The translations under genes were made by a program, and so were the position numbers. A DNA stretch of 58,859 nt, the filler included, from Jimgerdemannia flammicorona (lineage: Eukaryota), in the NCBI GenBank assembly GCA_003990765.1. It is 3 parts of 3 records of this genome, joined end to end, with 100 filler letters (N's around TTAATTAATTAA, not from the genome) between each part and the next. Parts side by side here need not be neighbours in the genome. Positions count along the whole stretch, not along the records: positions 19,659 to 39,210 come from RBNJ01001913.1; positions 39,311 to 58,859 come from RBNJ01001914.1; 1 more part is not named here. One strand, 5' to 3'. The notes beneath the pieces are model-generated. The model had not been told where the DNA came from. It ran no database searches and saw only the letters and a list, made by a program, of their open reading frames with translations. Shown here one piece after another: positions 33,801-46,900 of this stretch (positions within the stretch are counted from its first letter, which is position 1; each line of letters begins with the position of its first letter).

Positions 33801-36800
33801 TCGACGAGATGATTCAGTTCGGGCAATAATGGTAAAGAAAATATTGATTAAGTCACGATAAACCTTGATTTAAGATCGAATTGAAAAAATGCGTTTGTTA
33901 AATGCCCAATACGCAACATTCTCGCCATTATCAGGCGCCGCTAGATTCATTCGGAATCAACGTTTCCGGATCAGCCTCGATGAAATCCCATACCGACTTC
34001 CATGATCCGTCTTTGCTGCTTTTATATCAGTACCTAAAAGACAAGACAAAGCAGACTCGCAAGATGAAAATGGGTATTTCTTACGACATGGAATATGATT
34101 TTGTAGTGAAATCTGCATCGGCGTACGAGCGCCTAGGAAACCCTATACTCGCGTTATACGTCCTAAAAATACACCGGATAGAGCCACCAGAAGTCCCGAA
34201 GCGCACAAAAACGCTTCTAGTAGATGGCAGGCATATAGCGACCACGCCGGCTGTGGAGGACATCAGCACAGGAACAGCTGATTTCGACGATTTGTCATGG
34301 CGCGCTCCGGAAGCTAAACTGGCTCGAGCGGCGGATCTCTTCGCTAATGATGACGAATTTTCAAAACCTGCACGAGCGATTGACATTTTTGCTGAGAATG
34401 ACCCGCAAGAGTCAGCCAAACCTTCGCGTGCCGTTGACCTATTCGCGAACGACAATGACGATATTTTCAGTTCGAAGCCACGTACTGTTAGCATCTTCGA
34501 TAACGACGTAGATATCTTCAAAAATTCAGAAGATCCGGAAGAGTTTGATCCGGATAATTCTACGATTGAAAAAGGCATTATTATTGGCCTTAACAACTCA
34601 AATTTGGATCTGTATAAAGCAGTTTTGGCGATGCAACTAATACAGGTAGGCTGATGCTCTTCACTTGGATACTCGCTCTTCTATTTGGCTCTTAATTCTT
34701 TCCGAAACATCGCTATATCACTTCATAGTATGCTCTGCACACGATCGCCGATGTATCGGAGGACTCGGCAATTATGATCTTGGACAACCCTGCCTTCCAA
34801 AACTATCTCGATAAAGTACATAAAGGACTCACTGCGGTCTGTGATTATGTGAAGCTGCCGAAGTCGATTTTGGGAGATCTGCTGGTCACAAAGGGCGTTG
34901 AGACTGACGCATTTGCACTTGGTGTACGACTGCTGAACGAAGGCATGGTGTCCAAAACCGATACGGAGAAGTTTATTCAAGCACTCGTGAATGGCTGCAG
35001 TACCCTTATTTTTCTGATATTTACGGCGCGAGAGAAAGTGGTTAATATCACCGATCATCTCTATAAATGGACCGAGTACGTATAATTGATGATTTCGTAT
35101 TCATTTTTTTTTTTCTTTTACTCAAAAAGTAACATATTTGCATGTTCTAGGCATGTCCTCTCGTCGTTTATGCACTGGCAACGCCTTATTCAAGATGCGA
35201 TTCCGCCTCCTCTGGGAGATCTTCAGACTCACAAAATCTCATTGTCGGCGTTCTTGTCTCTGAGCATTTTGTCACTTCAAAATGGGCAATACGAACAAGC
35301 TTGGGGCTGCATATTCAATGCTCGGAAATTGTATCACACGTTGGTGGGCGATGTGGCTGGATTAAATAACATCATCAAGCAGATTATCAGCGGACAAGCG
35401 AGGATGGTGAATATTCATGTTCTTCACCGTTGTTTATGCTGTTTATGGCGTCGTTTCGAGTCAAACAAAGTGTGACGATTCTCACTCAATTTCTACGTGA
35501 CTATCGCAGGTTGATATGCCCCCTGATTCCGATGCAAGTTCGCTTGGCGAGGAGTCTCTAGATGACGATGGTCAAAGAGATTTCGTTTCTGACAATTCAG
35601 TCGATCCTCTCGGAATAAAATTACTGGAAGCGGCTTCAGTCAATTACATCGTGCGGTCTCTCGAAATGTTCTTAAACAATCCTGAAGGATCTGTGAGCGG
35701 TTAGTATAATGGTTCTCCAATATTATTAGATCTTACAGAATAACAACTCATTATTCCCTGTTTAATTCTATTGACAGACGATCTAAGTGCGTATGTGTTA
35801 ACGGCGTTACTAGAGCCGTTGATGCACACTGCATATTGTTTGGAACGTGATATCTTGAAATATCCGAGTGAACAACTCTCCAAAGGTATTTGATTGATAT
35901 TGCCGAAATATGGATTTTAGCATAATGGCGGACTCTCATCAATTCCCATCTTGCAGAGGTTATCAAAAAGCATTTCAAGAATTTGCGCGAAAGAAAGTTT
36001 TGGCACTCTCTCGAATCGTTGGAAGAAGTTGACAAACTACTACCATTTGTACGAAGTATTCAGGTAAGGGGGGAGGGGACGTTGCGAATATTTTTTTCTT
36101 CAAAAAAAAAAAAAAAAAAAAAAAACCTCCCCGATATCCGTCTCCGGTCGCAATTACCAGTATTACCAAAAGATGCCTTACATTCATCGATCATGGCACC
36201 GTCAATCATTGCAATTACGAAAATATTGGTGATGATAGGTTGTCTTGAATTTAACAAAATCCATATTTTCAGAATAAAAAAAGCGAGCAAGTCAGTATTA
36301 TGATTACCGAGCATTTCGACTCGTGCGAAACGCTTTTCGACGCACGGTCGACGTTGACAGGATTCTGCGTAAATTCGGTAAGGAACTTCCCGAGGCTGCG
36401 AAATCTAAACATCAAGTTCAAGTCTAAATCTCTATGCTTTCCATTATCCATCATCTTCATAGGCCAATCCAAAGGTTATGGCCGTATGCACGAAGACAGA
36501 GGTGCACGAAATCGATCTTGATCGCATTTTGCATACCTCCGCTGTAAGTTACTTCCACGTGAAACCCGGGCCATGGGGATTGAAAGGATTATTCGGTCAT
36601 TAGTATAATACTGCCAAAACAATCCGCGAGCATCGTCTTACGAACCCCTTGTATCTGTTGACTAGACCGTGACACGCAGCCCCTCTGTATCCTCCCTTGA
36701 GACGGACGCGAACAGCGATGCAGATTCTGACGAAGCTGAGGAACAACTTGTCATTGGCTCAGACACCGAGGTCGAGACTTCCCGCCGACTTCGTGCACGA

Positions 36801-38914
36801 GAACCGTTGGCCGAGCGGTCAAGGTCAAAGCCATCGTCCTTGGGAACGGACCGTCTCAAGGTTCGCGAAGAGCAGCAACAGGAGGTATACCAGAGCAAGA
36901 ATGGCGCTGGGGGGTTCAAGAACTTGAGCTTCGATAATTTGCAGGATGCGTGGAAGCGATCTTATCAGACCGTTTTTAATTCAGGTAAGCGATGGAGAAG
37001 GACATTCGTAAAGGACTGGATTGGCAGTGTTTCCCGCATATGTGCTATATATATAGCTCACAATATGTCATTGTATAGGTGGGACCGAAACACCTCCGGA
37101 ACTAGCAGAGAAGCCAGAGAGGAACGATAAAATCTATAAGCTTGTTAGTACAATGCGAAAATTACATTATTTTATGTCTTCCATCACCTCTCATTTACAC
37201 AGCAACCGTTTTTTCTTCCCCGGCAACGCAATGTTCCAGGATTACCTGAAAAGACATGTAGCTGCGACAACCGCCGAAAGTCACCCAACGTTTCCCTACT
37301 GTATGTATGGTTTTTATTTGACCAATTAGTTTGTACAGAGTACGTTCCATGATTTTCCTGAAACATGTAAGCTTCTTATTTCTGAACTGGGGTCTCTCAA
37401 TTGGATTTCTTTGCCCAGATCTGACCGGATGCGACGTGTCTGCCACCAACCCGAGTGTGATTCTATGGCAGTTTGGTCAAGATAAGGAGCTCATGTCATA
37501 TCACGGAAGCCTCGGGAAGGTCAACAGGCAAGAGTCATAGGCTAAGACGATCATGGTCCTTTCTGTCACATTTTTCGTCATTCACATACTAATATTTACA
37601 CTGCCCTCGACTGCAGAATACATTTTGATCAGTTTGGTCAAAAGTTTGGTGCCGCTGACGCCAAGGGCTCCCTGGCTTTGTGGCGGTTCGACTCGAGTCT
37701 CCAAGCGTCAAAGCCATTTTATGTGAGTTATTTTTTGCTGCCAGTCCTTGGGTACTGTGAGGATATTGATCGAGAATCTCTTCCTTGATGTTGGTGATCT
37801 TTGTGTGTGTATGATTGGACTCACTATTTTATATCTTTCGAAGACCATGATTTGCCATTCTAAGGCCGCGCGCGACTTCGCATTTTTGGATTCAAGTAGC
37901 TTCCTGGTGACAGCTGGCACATCTTTAAGTCAAAGGTATCAAAAGCGTACAGCAAGTGCCGTAACCATGGCTCCACCCAGTTTCGAACGCGATAACTGAC
38001 TTAGGCAAAATGTTTTTTAATTCATGTTGACAGCAAAGCAAACAATCTTTGTTTATGGGATACGCTTTTGCCGGCGGCGAGATCGTTGGTCTGTGGTACG
38101 TTACATTGTCACAACGCACAAGTTGTTTGGGAATGATAAGGAATTAAAAATTAATTATTTTATGCACAGTATTACCGGCCCATGAGGCGGGTGCATATAC
38201 GGTGAAGTATTGGCCAAAGAGCAGGCTGATAATCTCTGGCGGGAAGAAGGGCGAAATCAGTAAGTTATAGGTTTGTCGAATAATGTCGAACCGTTCCGTA
38301 TATGATTCATATGCCGACGATGCTGTTCGATTGCTCAACTTGCTCATTCAACTTTGATATTTCTCACAGCCGTCACCGATGTCCGCCAGCGCTCCATCCT
38401 ACATACTTTCCATGCCCACACAGCACGGATTGGGACCCTTGCGTTCGATTACAGGAACGAGATGCTGATTTCGGGGTCAGTGGACGGAGATCTCAAGGTT
38501 TGTATATTGTGGGCGTTGGCAATGTCTTTTTCGTGAAGGAAGGGTTGAATGCAAACTCCGGTCCAAGTGCACCTCCGACGATCCTTAATTTTGTGGCCCA
38601 CAACACATCTCTGCGCGCTTCCGCAGATCTGGGACCTCGCCACTTTCACAGAGCGACATACGTGGAGTGCGCAAGCGCGTAACAGGTTTTTAAATCCTGG
38701 TTTCGACCGGATACCTGTGAGTTACCTTTTTCTCTCTTCTTGCAAGCCCGATCAGAAAGTCGCGTAGCCTGATGTCCAAAATTCCCCTTGCCCCCTGCTG
38801 CAGGTGAAATCCTTCGGCATCACTGAAATCCGCGTGCTCGACGACGGGTTCATCTATACCTCCGGGCCTAGCGGAATCGGGCGGTGCCGTGAGGCGCCTG
38901 TGTCTCAGTATTGA
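27860..38914 (+). CDS. RAV1: RAVE complex subunit Rav1 / rabconnectin-3alpha (DMXL-like), about 11 kb with many introns
   Basis: FVYLPHPRSVTNFTWRK; LPPYHPSVL; IDENGARY; WALHSESQ; DPIDCTLFYLALRKKKLLLGLWK..FLANDFEQPRWQKAALKNAFALLGKQRYEYAAAFFLLG (Rav1p_C); C-terminal WD40 repeats. Confidence 0.95.
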
Positions 38915-39210
38915 TGGGGTAACTGTTGTGTGGTTTCTTGTGTTGGATGGTCGGCTTGGTGTGCCATGGTTGTGAATGGATGTTCATGTGTTTTCGGCAA
39001 CTTCCCACACCGTCAGCTTTGTGGTTTTAGCCGGGCGCTGTATGTCGGCAAATTCTCGCTCATACTAGCCTCGAAGTTTAAAAAATAATATAATATAATA
39101 AAAATGTCTCTCCCTGGCGAGTTACCACGTCAAATTGGAATTTTGCATTATTATTATTATTATTATTAAAAAACCCCCAAAGACCAGAACAGCATTCGAG
39201 GGAACCCCCC

Positions 39211-39310
39211 NNNNNNNNNNNNNNNNNNNNNNNNNNNNNNNNNNNNNNNNNNNNTTAATTAATTAANNNNNNNNNNNNNNNNNNNNNNNNNNNNNNNNNN
39301 NNNNNNNNNN
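39211..39310. other. artificial contig spacer
   Basis: 100 nt of N with central TTAATTAATTAA. Confidence 0.98.
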
Positions 39311-39760
39311 CCCATCCCGACATCACCCGAAAAGCAGTCACCTACGCCAGAACCGCGCTCGCCGGGAAGCTCGCCAAAGCCAGAGGGCCCCACCACAGGC
39401 ACCGAGGACCTGCAGGTAACCTACACTGAGCACTTGACGCCCAAGGTCGGCCGACTCCCTACGTAGCCCGAGACACACCGAGACAGCACCTTGTTGACGA
39501 CGGCAAAAGGAAGAAGGCGCCGCACCAAAACGGATGCACTCCAGACGCAGCCGAAGACACCAGAAACCGCGAAAAAGTGGAGAAGACACCGATCGGACAC
39601 CGATAAAGGGGCAACTCATCACCATTGCCCTCCTCCCACCATGCCCATGTAGGCACAGCAAACCAACCCGAGGTAGAGGGGGTAATAATAGGGGAAAGGG
39701 GACTCGGAAGGTTGCCTACCAAACCTTGTGACCGGTAAGGTAGCGGAGAAAGGAGAACGT

Positions 39761-42700
39761 GCTTTTTGTTGTCTGCCAGTCCACTGGAACTTGGTATCCT
39801 TCTTGTTGAGTTCATAGATTGGATCTGCGATGTTGGAGAATCCTCTAATGAATCTGCGATAGTAGGAGGCAAGTCCCATGAAGGCTTGGGCTTCTGTGAT
39901 GGTAGTGGGCCTTGGGTATGCTACTACCACTTGTATTTTGAGAGGGTCCATGTGTGTTCCATCTCAATTGATGATATGGCCAAGATAGGAGATCTTGATT
40001 TCCGCAAACTTGCACTTCTTGGGTTTGATATAAAGGCCATGTTGTCTTAGTCTCTCCATTATCTACTGTATGTGCTGCAGATATTCCTCAGGTGTCTTGC
40101 TGTAGATGATTACATCATTGATATAGACCATCATCCATCTTCCCATATTATAGTGAAAGATTTTGTTCATCATTTGCTGAAAGCTTGCTGGTGCATTGCA
40201 TATTCCGAATGGCATTCATAGGTAGATGTAGGTTCCATCTGAAGTGATGAAGGCTGACTTTTCACTTGCCACCTCTGTGAGTCCGATTTGGTGGAATCCT
40301 GAGTATAAGTCCAAGGTGCTGTAGTACTGTGCTTTGTCTCCCAGTGTTATAAGAATGTTGCTGATGAGCAGCAGTGGTTGGCAATCCTTCTTGGTGACTG
40401 CATTGAGCTTTCTGTAGTCAACACAGAGCCTTGGGGCAAATTCTCCAGGTTTGCTTCCTTTTTTCAGAGCTAGTACAACTGGTGAAGACCAGGGGCTGCT
40501 GGCTTCTTTGATGATACCGGCTTCTTTCATCTGCTTAATTTCTTCTCTGAGCCATTCTCGGTAGGCTGGCAGGACAGGTCTTGCCTTCTGATAAATTGGT
40601 TCGGTGTCTCCAGTATCTACCTCATGATAGTAGTGTGGGGTCTTTCCCTTAATATTCTTGAAATCCATGGCAAGGACATCCTCAAATTTGTGGAGTATTT
40701 TTTTGAGTTCCTCCTTGAGTGGGAATTCGTCTTCAATGGTGTAACTGTGCTTGCTCATGTTTTCCTCCTTCTTATGCTCGAGTTCAGTAATCTTGGTGCT
40801 GGCGAATACTCTTCTTCCTGTGGATCCGAATCCTTTCTTTCCTCTTTTCGTTTCCTCCAGATTCTTGACTTCTATGATTCTTGGCTGTATGATTGGGAAG
40901 ATCAACATCTGTGCCAATCGGTCCTTCTTCTTGACTGGGAATGGAATTGTAGGATTGTGGTTCCTAGCAATGAGTAGAATTTCTCCCATATAGTCTGAAT
41001 CAATAACTCCTCCTTCGATTGTGATTTCACTTCTAGCCAGGCTGCTTCTTGTCTTGAGAATCCCGACATGATCCTTTGGGATGGTCATCTCTAGTCCAGT
41101 TGTGAGTAGGGTGGTTGTCTGGGGTTTGAGTACAGTTTCTTCTACTATAGCGATGTCCATTCCGGCTGCATTTTCTGACTTGTATTCTGGCAAGACTGCA
41201 TCAGGGTGGATCTTTCGAATCTTGACTTTGATTTCTTCTTCATCATCACTGTCCTCCAGGAGGGCTGGTGGTTCATCGTCTTCCTTCTTCTCTTCCTCCC
41301 TGATCTGTTTTTCAAGAGCTTTCTGCCTCCTTTCCTGGTAGATCTTCTCGGTTCTGATGGTGCACTGGTAGCAATCGTTGACATGCTCCATACAGTATAT
41401 CTTGATTCCATGAGGACAGACTCCTTGTGGGGCATAGCCTTCTGCAATCTTCTTGCACCATTTTTCTTCACTCATCCATCCGACTTTCTTCTTCTTTGAG
41501 GTAGTTACCATATAAGCTTCCTCTTGCTCACTCTCTTCTTCCTCCATATCGGGCAGGACTCCTTTGTTGATGTTGATGGGAATTCATATCTTCTGTCCCT
41601 AGTAGGTGATCTGCATCTTCTGAGCATTGAGGTCGATTACCACCTTGGCTTTGTGAAGCCATTGATTGCCGATGAGGATGTCATAGTTGGTGGCATTGGT
41701 TACGATTACATCTACTGGGATTATTGCTCCTCCAATCTTGATGGGAATATCTCAGATCTTTCCCAGAGGTGTGGCTCTTGTGCCATCAGCTGTGACAAAT
41801 ACTAGCTTAGTTGCTTCTTCCACATCCCAACCTAGGCAGTCTGCTGCCTTCTTACTGAGGAGACATCCTTCTGCTCCTGTGTCAATGATGGCTTCAAAGA
41901 CTCGATCCTCAATTTGGTATTTTGCATAAGCAGAGGTTTTGAGATTATCCTCACTTTCTTCTCCTGAGTCCTCTTGAATATTATTGGCCTCAGTTATCTT
42001 CCATCCTTGTTCCTTGGTTGTTTCGGCAAGTCCAAACCTCATTTGCTGTCTGAATGTTGGGATTTCTACAAGCTGACCAAAGGTTGCATTGACCTTTTAT
42101 TGGCTGAGATCCTTGAAGATATCATACTTGAAGGTCTTGGTCTTGTGAAGCTTCTTTTCTTTTTCTCCTTCACTGGCTGGAGTGGTTCCTCAGATGATAT
42201 CTTGAACTGCTTGCTCCAGCTCGATATCCTGGTCCATCTCTTCAGCTTGACTTTCTGTGGCAGTTTCCATCCGCTTTTCCACTGGGTTCTTCTTGGGTCT
42301 TTCTGGTGGTCTCTTGTAGGGTTCTTTGTGAGCATCCTTCTTGGTGGTCTGAACAGGATAGGTCTCCCATTTCTCTTCATCGGATTCTCAAATTTCTTCA
42401 AAGGTGATTGTATTGGCCTGCTCCTTGTTTCATGTGGCATTGCTTGGTTGGGCCTTACATTTGGTTTCACTCATACATTCATAGAAGTAGTGGCCTTCTT
42501 CTCCACAGCTGTAGCAGGTATCTTTCTTCTTGTCTGAGGTGGCAGTGAACTTCTGAACAGGGCAGCAATCTCTTCCTCGGATTTCCTTTACCACATCTCT
42601 CAGGTGGGCAGTCATTTCAGCAAACCTTTTGGCAAGTTCCTCCATAGGGTCACTGTTCTTTTGCTGCTCTGTAGCTTTTGGCTGAGGTGTGTTTCGATTG

Positions 42701-43323
42701 ATCATTGTGGTGGGGATCACACAGGTTGCCTTGGGTGCCTCAATTCTGACTCCTGTAACTCTCTCCATTGTATGGTCTTGTGGGTGTCTGGCTATCCAGT
42801 ATCGCTGAGCATAGGTGACCTTTTGTGGCAGATCCAGAATCACTGGTGATGAGCAGATGGCCATGGCTATTTCTGGATGGACTCCTTTCATGAAGGTTGC
42901 TTTAGCTACTTGATCTCGGATAGCAGCAGCATAATCTGCAAGGATTATCTGATATCAAATTCTGGTATAGAATGTGTTTGGATCCTTGCTCATTCCTTGG
43001 CATATTGTGTTGAGCTGATCCTTGCTCATTCCTTGGCATATTGTATTGAGCTGATCCTTCAGAGCTTGCTTGATCTCGTCTGTGCAATATATATTTCGGA
43101 GCCAGGTCTTCTGTGCTGTCAGTATGGCATCTGCATCATTTCCTGCATGGGTTGTAGCTGTGAATGCTGCTCTGGCAGGGCCTCATAGGCTGAAGGGCAT
43201 GAGGGCTACTTGCTGTGCTGCTGTCAGAGTCCTTACAGTGGCATACTGCTTGAAATCGTCAATGAAGATGATGATTGATTCATCTGAGATATATCCATGG
43301 AATATTGGCAGTCTCATATCCAT
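39761..43323 (-). pseudogene. gag-protease-Cys motif-dUTPase-RT polyprotein of element C, one frame
   Basis: MDMRLPIFHGY; CYSCGEEGHYFYEC knuckle; AIIDTGA; NAAGMDI..TRSSLA..GGVIDSDYMGEI..DRLAQ..RGKKGFGSTG; LCVDYRKLN..LDLYSGFHQI. Fragments 42891, 42042, 41547 and 39951 are all in frame; 36-bp in-frame duplication at ~42981-43052. Confidence 0.92.
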
Positions 43324-43437
43324 CTTGTCTGGGTATTGGGGCTCAGTTTGTATGGTTGTTCGAGTAGTGGTGGTTGTTCATTGTTCAGCTTGAAAGTGAG
43401 AGATTCATCTTGAATCACCAGCCAATGGGCACCAAGT

Positions 43438-43913
43438 TGTAACATAGCAGATGCTTACTCTTGAAAGTACATCGGATTTCTGTATCTTGAAAACTTGACC
43501 ATTCTGACTCTCACAGAGTCTCTTGAAGTTGTAGGGGAGAGTGGGTGAGTTCAAAGTATATCTGCCTGTAGGCTTACTAGTTCCTTTGCTATCTCTTTGC
43601 TTTGAACTATTTCGATCTGAGGTTTATTCACTCGAAGATACTGGGTTATTTATACACATTTGCTAGCTATGAGAGGGTGGCTAAGTAATAAATGAGTCAT
43701 TTGGACTTTGTCGAAACATTTGGACAATGTCTAAATACTATACTAAATCAGGGTGTTCAATTTGGATAATGTCTAAAATTTAGACAATGTCTAAGAATTT
43801 AGACAATGTCGAAATTGAGGACTGCTAACTATAAGGCTATACTACTTTGGGACTGGGTGCGATCAAGTGTCTATTCCCTATTTCCTTCTTCCTAATTTGG
43901 CTATACTGTTATA
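43438..43913 (-). repeat. 5' LTR of element C (~476 bp)
   Basis: Termini and promoter-side half homologous to the element B LTRs (50302-50738, 56492-56886). Confidence 0.88.
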
Positions 43914-46900
43914 CTAGGAAGGTATTGGATTTTATAGAAAAAATTAGTGAGGAATTTTATCCAACTAGCTTACTTTTGAGAAAGAGTAGTCTGAGTCTTG
44001 ATATTGATCAATGATTTATAGACTATCAGTACAGTAAAGTATACTCTTTGAGATATGGATACTATTTGATCAAGGTGTCTATAATAACTAACATTTCTTT
44101 TCTATAGATCATATAGTTGATTTTAGTAGAATTGAACTTGTGAGAATAATAGGCCATAGGGTGTCCTTCTTATATAAATACTGCTCTAAGAGCTAGGTTA
44201 GAGATATTAGTGATAACTTTATATGATAAGGCAGGGTTTACTACTTGAAGTACTAGAGTAGTTATCAGGATATCTTTTAACCTATATTTTGTTCAGATTC
44301 CCATTTAATAAGGTTGTTGAAGAGTCTTTTACTTACTTTGTTATCTAAGGTTATTCTTTTTTTTTACTATACTTAGTCAGTTAGATAAGAGTATTAGCAA
44401 TCTTGGCAAATTTGTAATAAATCACTTATAATAGTTTGCTAATTCTAGGAAAGACTAGAGGTCTTTTAGCTTCTTGGATCTGGGTCATTTCTTAATTACA
44501 GAGATTTTGGTAGAGTTTACTTTGATTCTATTAAGAGTAATGATATATTCAAGAAATTAAATTTTCTTCAGAAAGAATTCATATTTACTAAGTTTTAGAA
44601 AGATTTGGATTTCTTAAAGCTTCAATAGTACTAGTTCAAGATATTTAAGATATTTCTCCAAAGTTTTGCTAAAGACTAGAATATCATTAATATAGATAAT
44701 AACAAATGTAGATATAAGTATAGAATAGTATTCATCAGAGTCTAGAAGGTTGTAGAAGCATTAGTCAAGTCAAAAGGCATAACTAGGAACTCAAAATGTC
44801 TATAACAAGTACAGAAGGCAGTTTTGTAGATGTCTTTTTCTTTTATAGCAATTTGCCAGTAGCTATTTTATAGATCAAAAGAGTTTATAAATTGTGGGTT
44901 GATAAGCCTATTGAATATTTTATTGATTCAGAGTAGTAGATAATAGTTCTTGATGATCTATTCATTGAAGTCTTGATAATTAATATATATTTATAGATCT
45001 TCTTCTTTTTGATAACAAAGAAAACTAGTATACTATATAGTGATATATATACTAGGTCTAATGAATCCTTATTCTAGAAGTTTATTGATTTCTTTCTTAA
45101 GTATATCAATTTCTCTAGGAGATATGTGGTAGATTGACTTGAAGACAGACTTGCCATCTGGGATGGTTTTGATTGCATACTCAACTGCTTGTTTAGATAG
45201 TAGACCTTTTGAAAGTTTTCTTGAAAATATATCTCAAAATTCCTGGAGTAAGGGTCTAATATAACTGTCAACTTTAGAAAAGTCTTCTTTGAGGTTCTCA
45301 GATTCCCCTTTGGATAGCCTTATAGAGATAACAAAGAGAGGACACTTCTTTGCTAATTTCTTAAGTTATAGTTTATTAATATAGGTGATCTTTAGGCCTA
45401 GATCACTGGAGCTAAGTGGGTCATTTTCTTCTTGTAGTTTGAAATTATAGTTCTTTCTTAATGATCAGAGAATGTTTAATCCAATTGATCATAGAGCTCT
45501 CTTGTTTTAACTATAGGGTCCCCAGGATTATCTCATTTTTAAAGAGTAATATATACTTAGTAGTTATCAATTCTAAAGAATAGATTGTAGACTTCTTTAC
45601 TAATGATATGTGAGGTTCTATCAGCTATGGCAACTGCTTGGGTTTATTGTACTGGAGAGGTCAGAACTTTAAGTTTATTAGCTGTTTTCTCATTAATGAA
45701 ATTGCCTGAGACACTACTATCTATTATAATTTTGATAAGACCCAATTAACAAAAGATTAAAGGATAAGTAGTTTGTCTGATCTAATAGTAATAATTTTGA
45801 TTACAAGAGGTTTCTTTCTGTTGGCTCTTCATTAGACTAACTAATTGATATAAGAGAAGCAATCATCAATTATTTAAAAGGAGTACATTTCAATACTATG
45901 GAGGTATCAGCCACTTAGTATAAATTCATCTTTGATTTTTCTGTAGAATTATTCCTCCTTATTTATACTAAGTTAAGCTGGGACCTTATTTGATGAGCAA
46001 AATCCTTTGGATACTCAAATAATAGGTAGTAGTTTGGAAACTTCCTTGACTGTCAAAGTTGATTCAATTTTTCAAATAGGATCTGGGCAATATAATAACT
46101 GATAGAGATTTTGAATAATGTCTAACTATAGTTTTGAATGAGGATAATGATTTCGCCTGTATAATCTTTATCAATGACTCTTCCTTCTACTGAGCATTCT
46201 TTTAATACAAGGCTACTGTGACAGCATATTTATCTTATATATTCTTTAGGAATTTGAATACTGATTTCTGTAGAGACTTACTTGACTTCTCAGTTAGAAA
46301 TAGTAACTTCTTTGGCTGCATATAGATCATATCTAGCTGCTTTTCAACTTTCTCTAGTTAGGGCCATAGTTGTTATCCTTAACTTGACAAAGTCTAGTAT
46401 CTTGATAGTCAGATTATTGAGATAATACATAGTAGTAACAGTAGCTCATATTGTAGTATGGGTTTTTTGATAGGGCAGGCACTGACTATATATCCTGTCA
46501 TTTGGCAATAGAAGTATACTCTGCTTCTTTGGAGTTCATTTCTTTCTCCTTCAGTGAGTTTCTTAAAGATATTTGGCTGGATGGATTCAGAATTCTGAGA
46601 TGTTCAAGAGTTAGATATAAAGGGAGCTCAGGAGACTTCATACTTAGATACTTCTTTTTTGGTCCAAGATTTTTCCTTATTATTGAATTGGTTTTGAGGC
46701 AGAATTAGTCCATCTGTTAGGATTTACTTGACCAAAGTCTTGATTGTGATCAGGTACCATTATTAGTAATCATAACCAACTGGGCATTCTTGTTCATAGA
46801 TCTTTCTTATGAGTCATTCTGGTAGTATATTAAATAAATTGTCTACTCTTATACTAATTCATGCTTTATTATTGGCAATATATTCTAGGTCAATAGTGTT

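Larger units (their letters stand above)
39761..43913 (-). mobile_element. Ty3/Gypsy element C (relative of B), truncated at the RT/RNase H connection
   Basis: 5' LTR 43438-43913 and PBS-like TGGTGCCCA; gag-PR-dUTPase-RT; homology stops abruptly after FQWTGRQQKA at ~39761. Confidence 0.92.

Noticed and set aside
39311..39760. CpG-rich segment abruptly fused to truncated element C
   Set aside because: No recognisable motifs, TIRs or TSD; it sits at a contig end, so misassembly or poor sequence cannot be told apart from a real insertion.
43380..43437. tRNA-like 3' end (TTGAATC...CACCA) on the plus strand, also 56435-56490
   Set aside because: It is the complement of the PBS/leader; no cloverleaf can be built.
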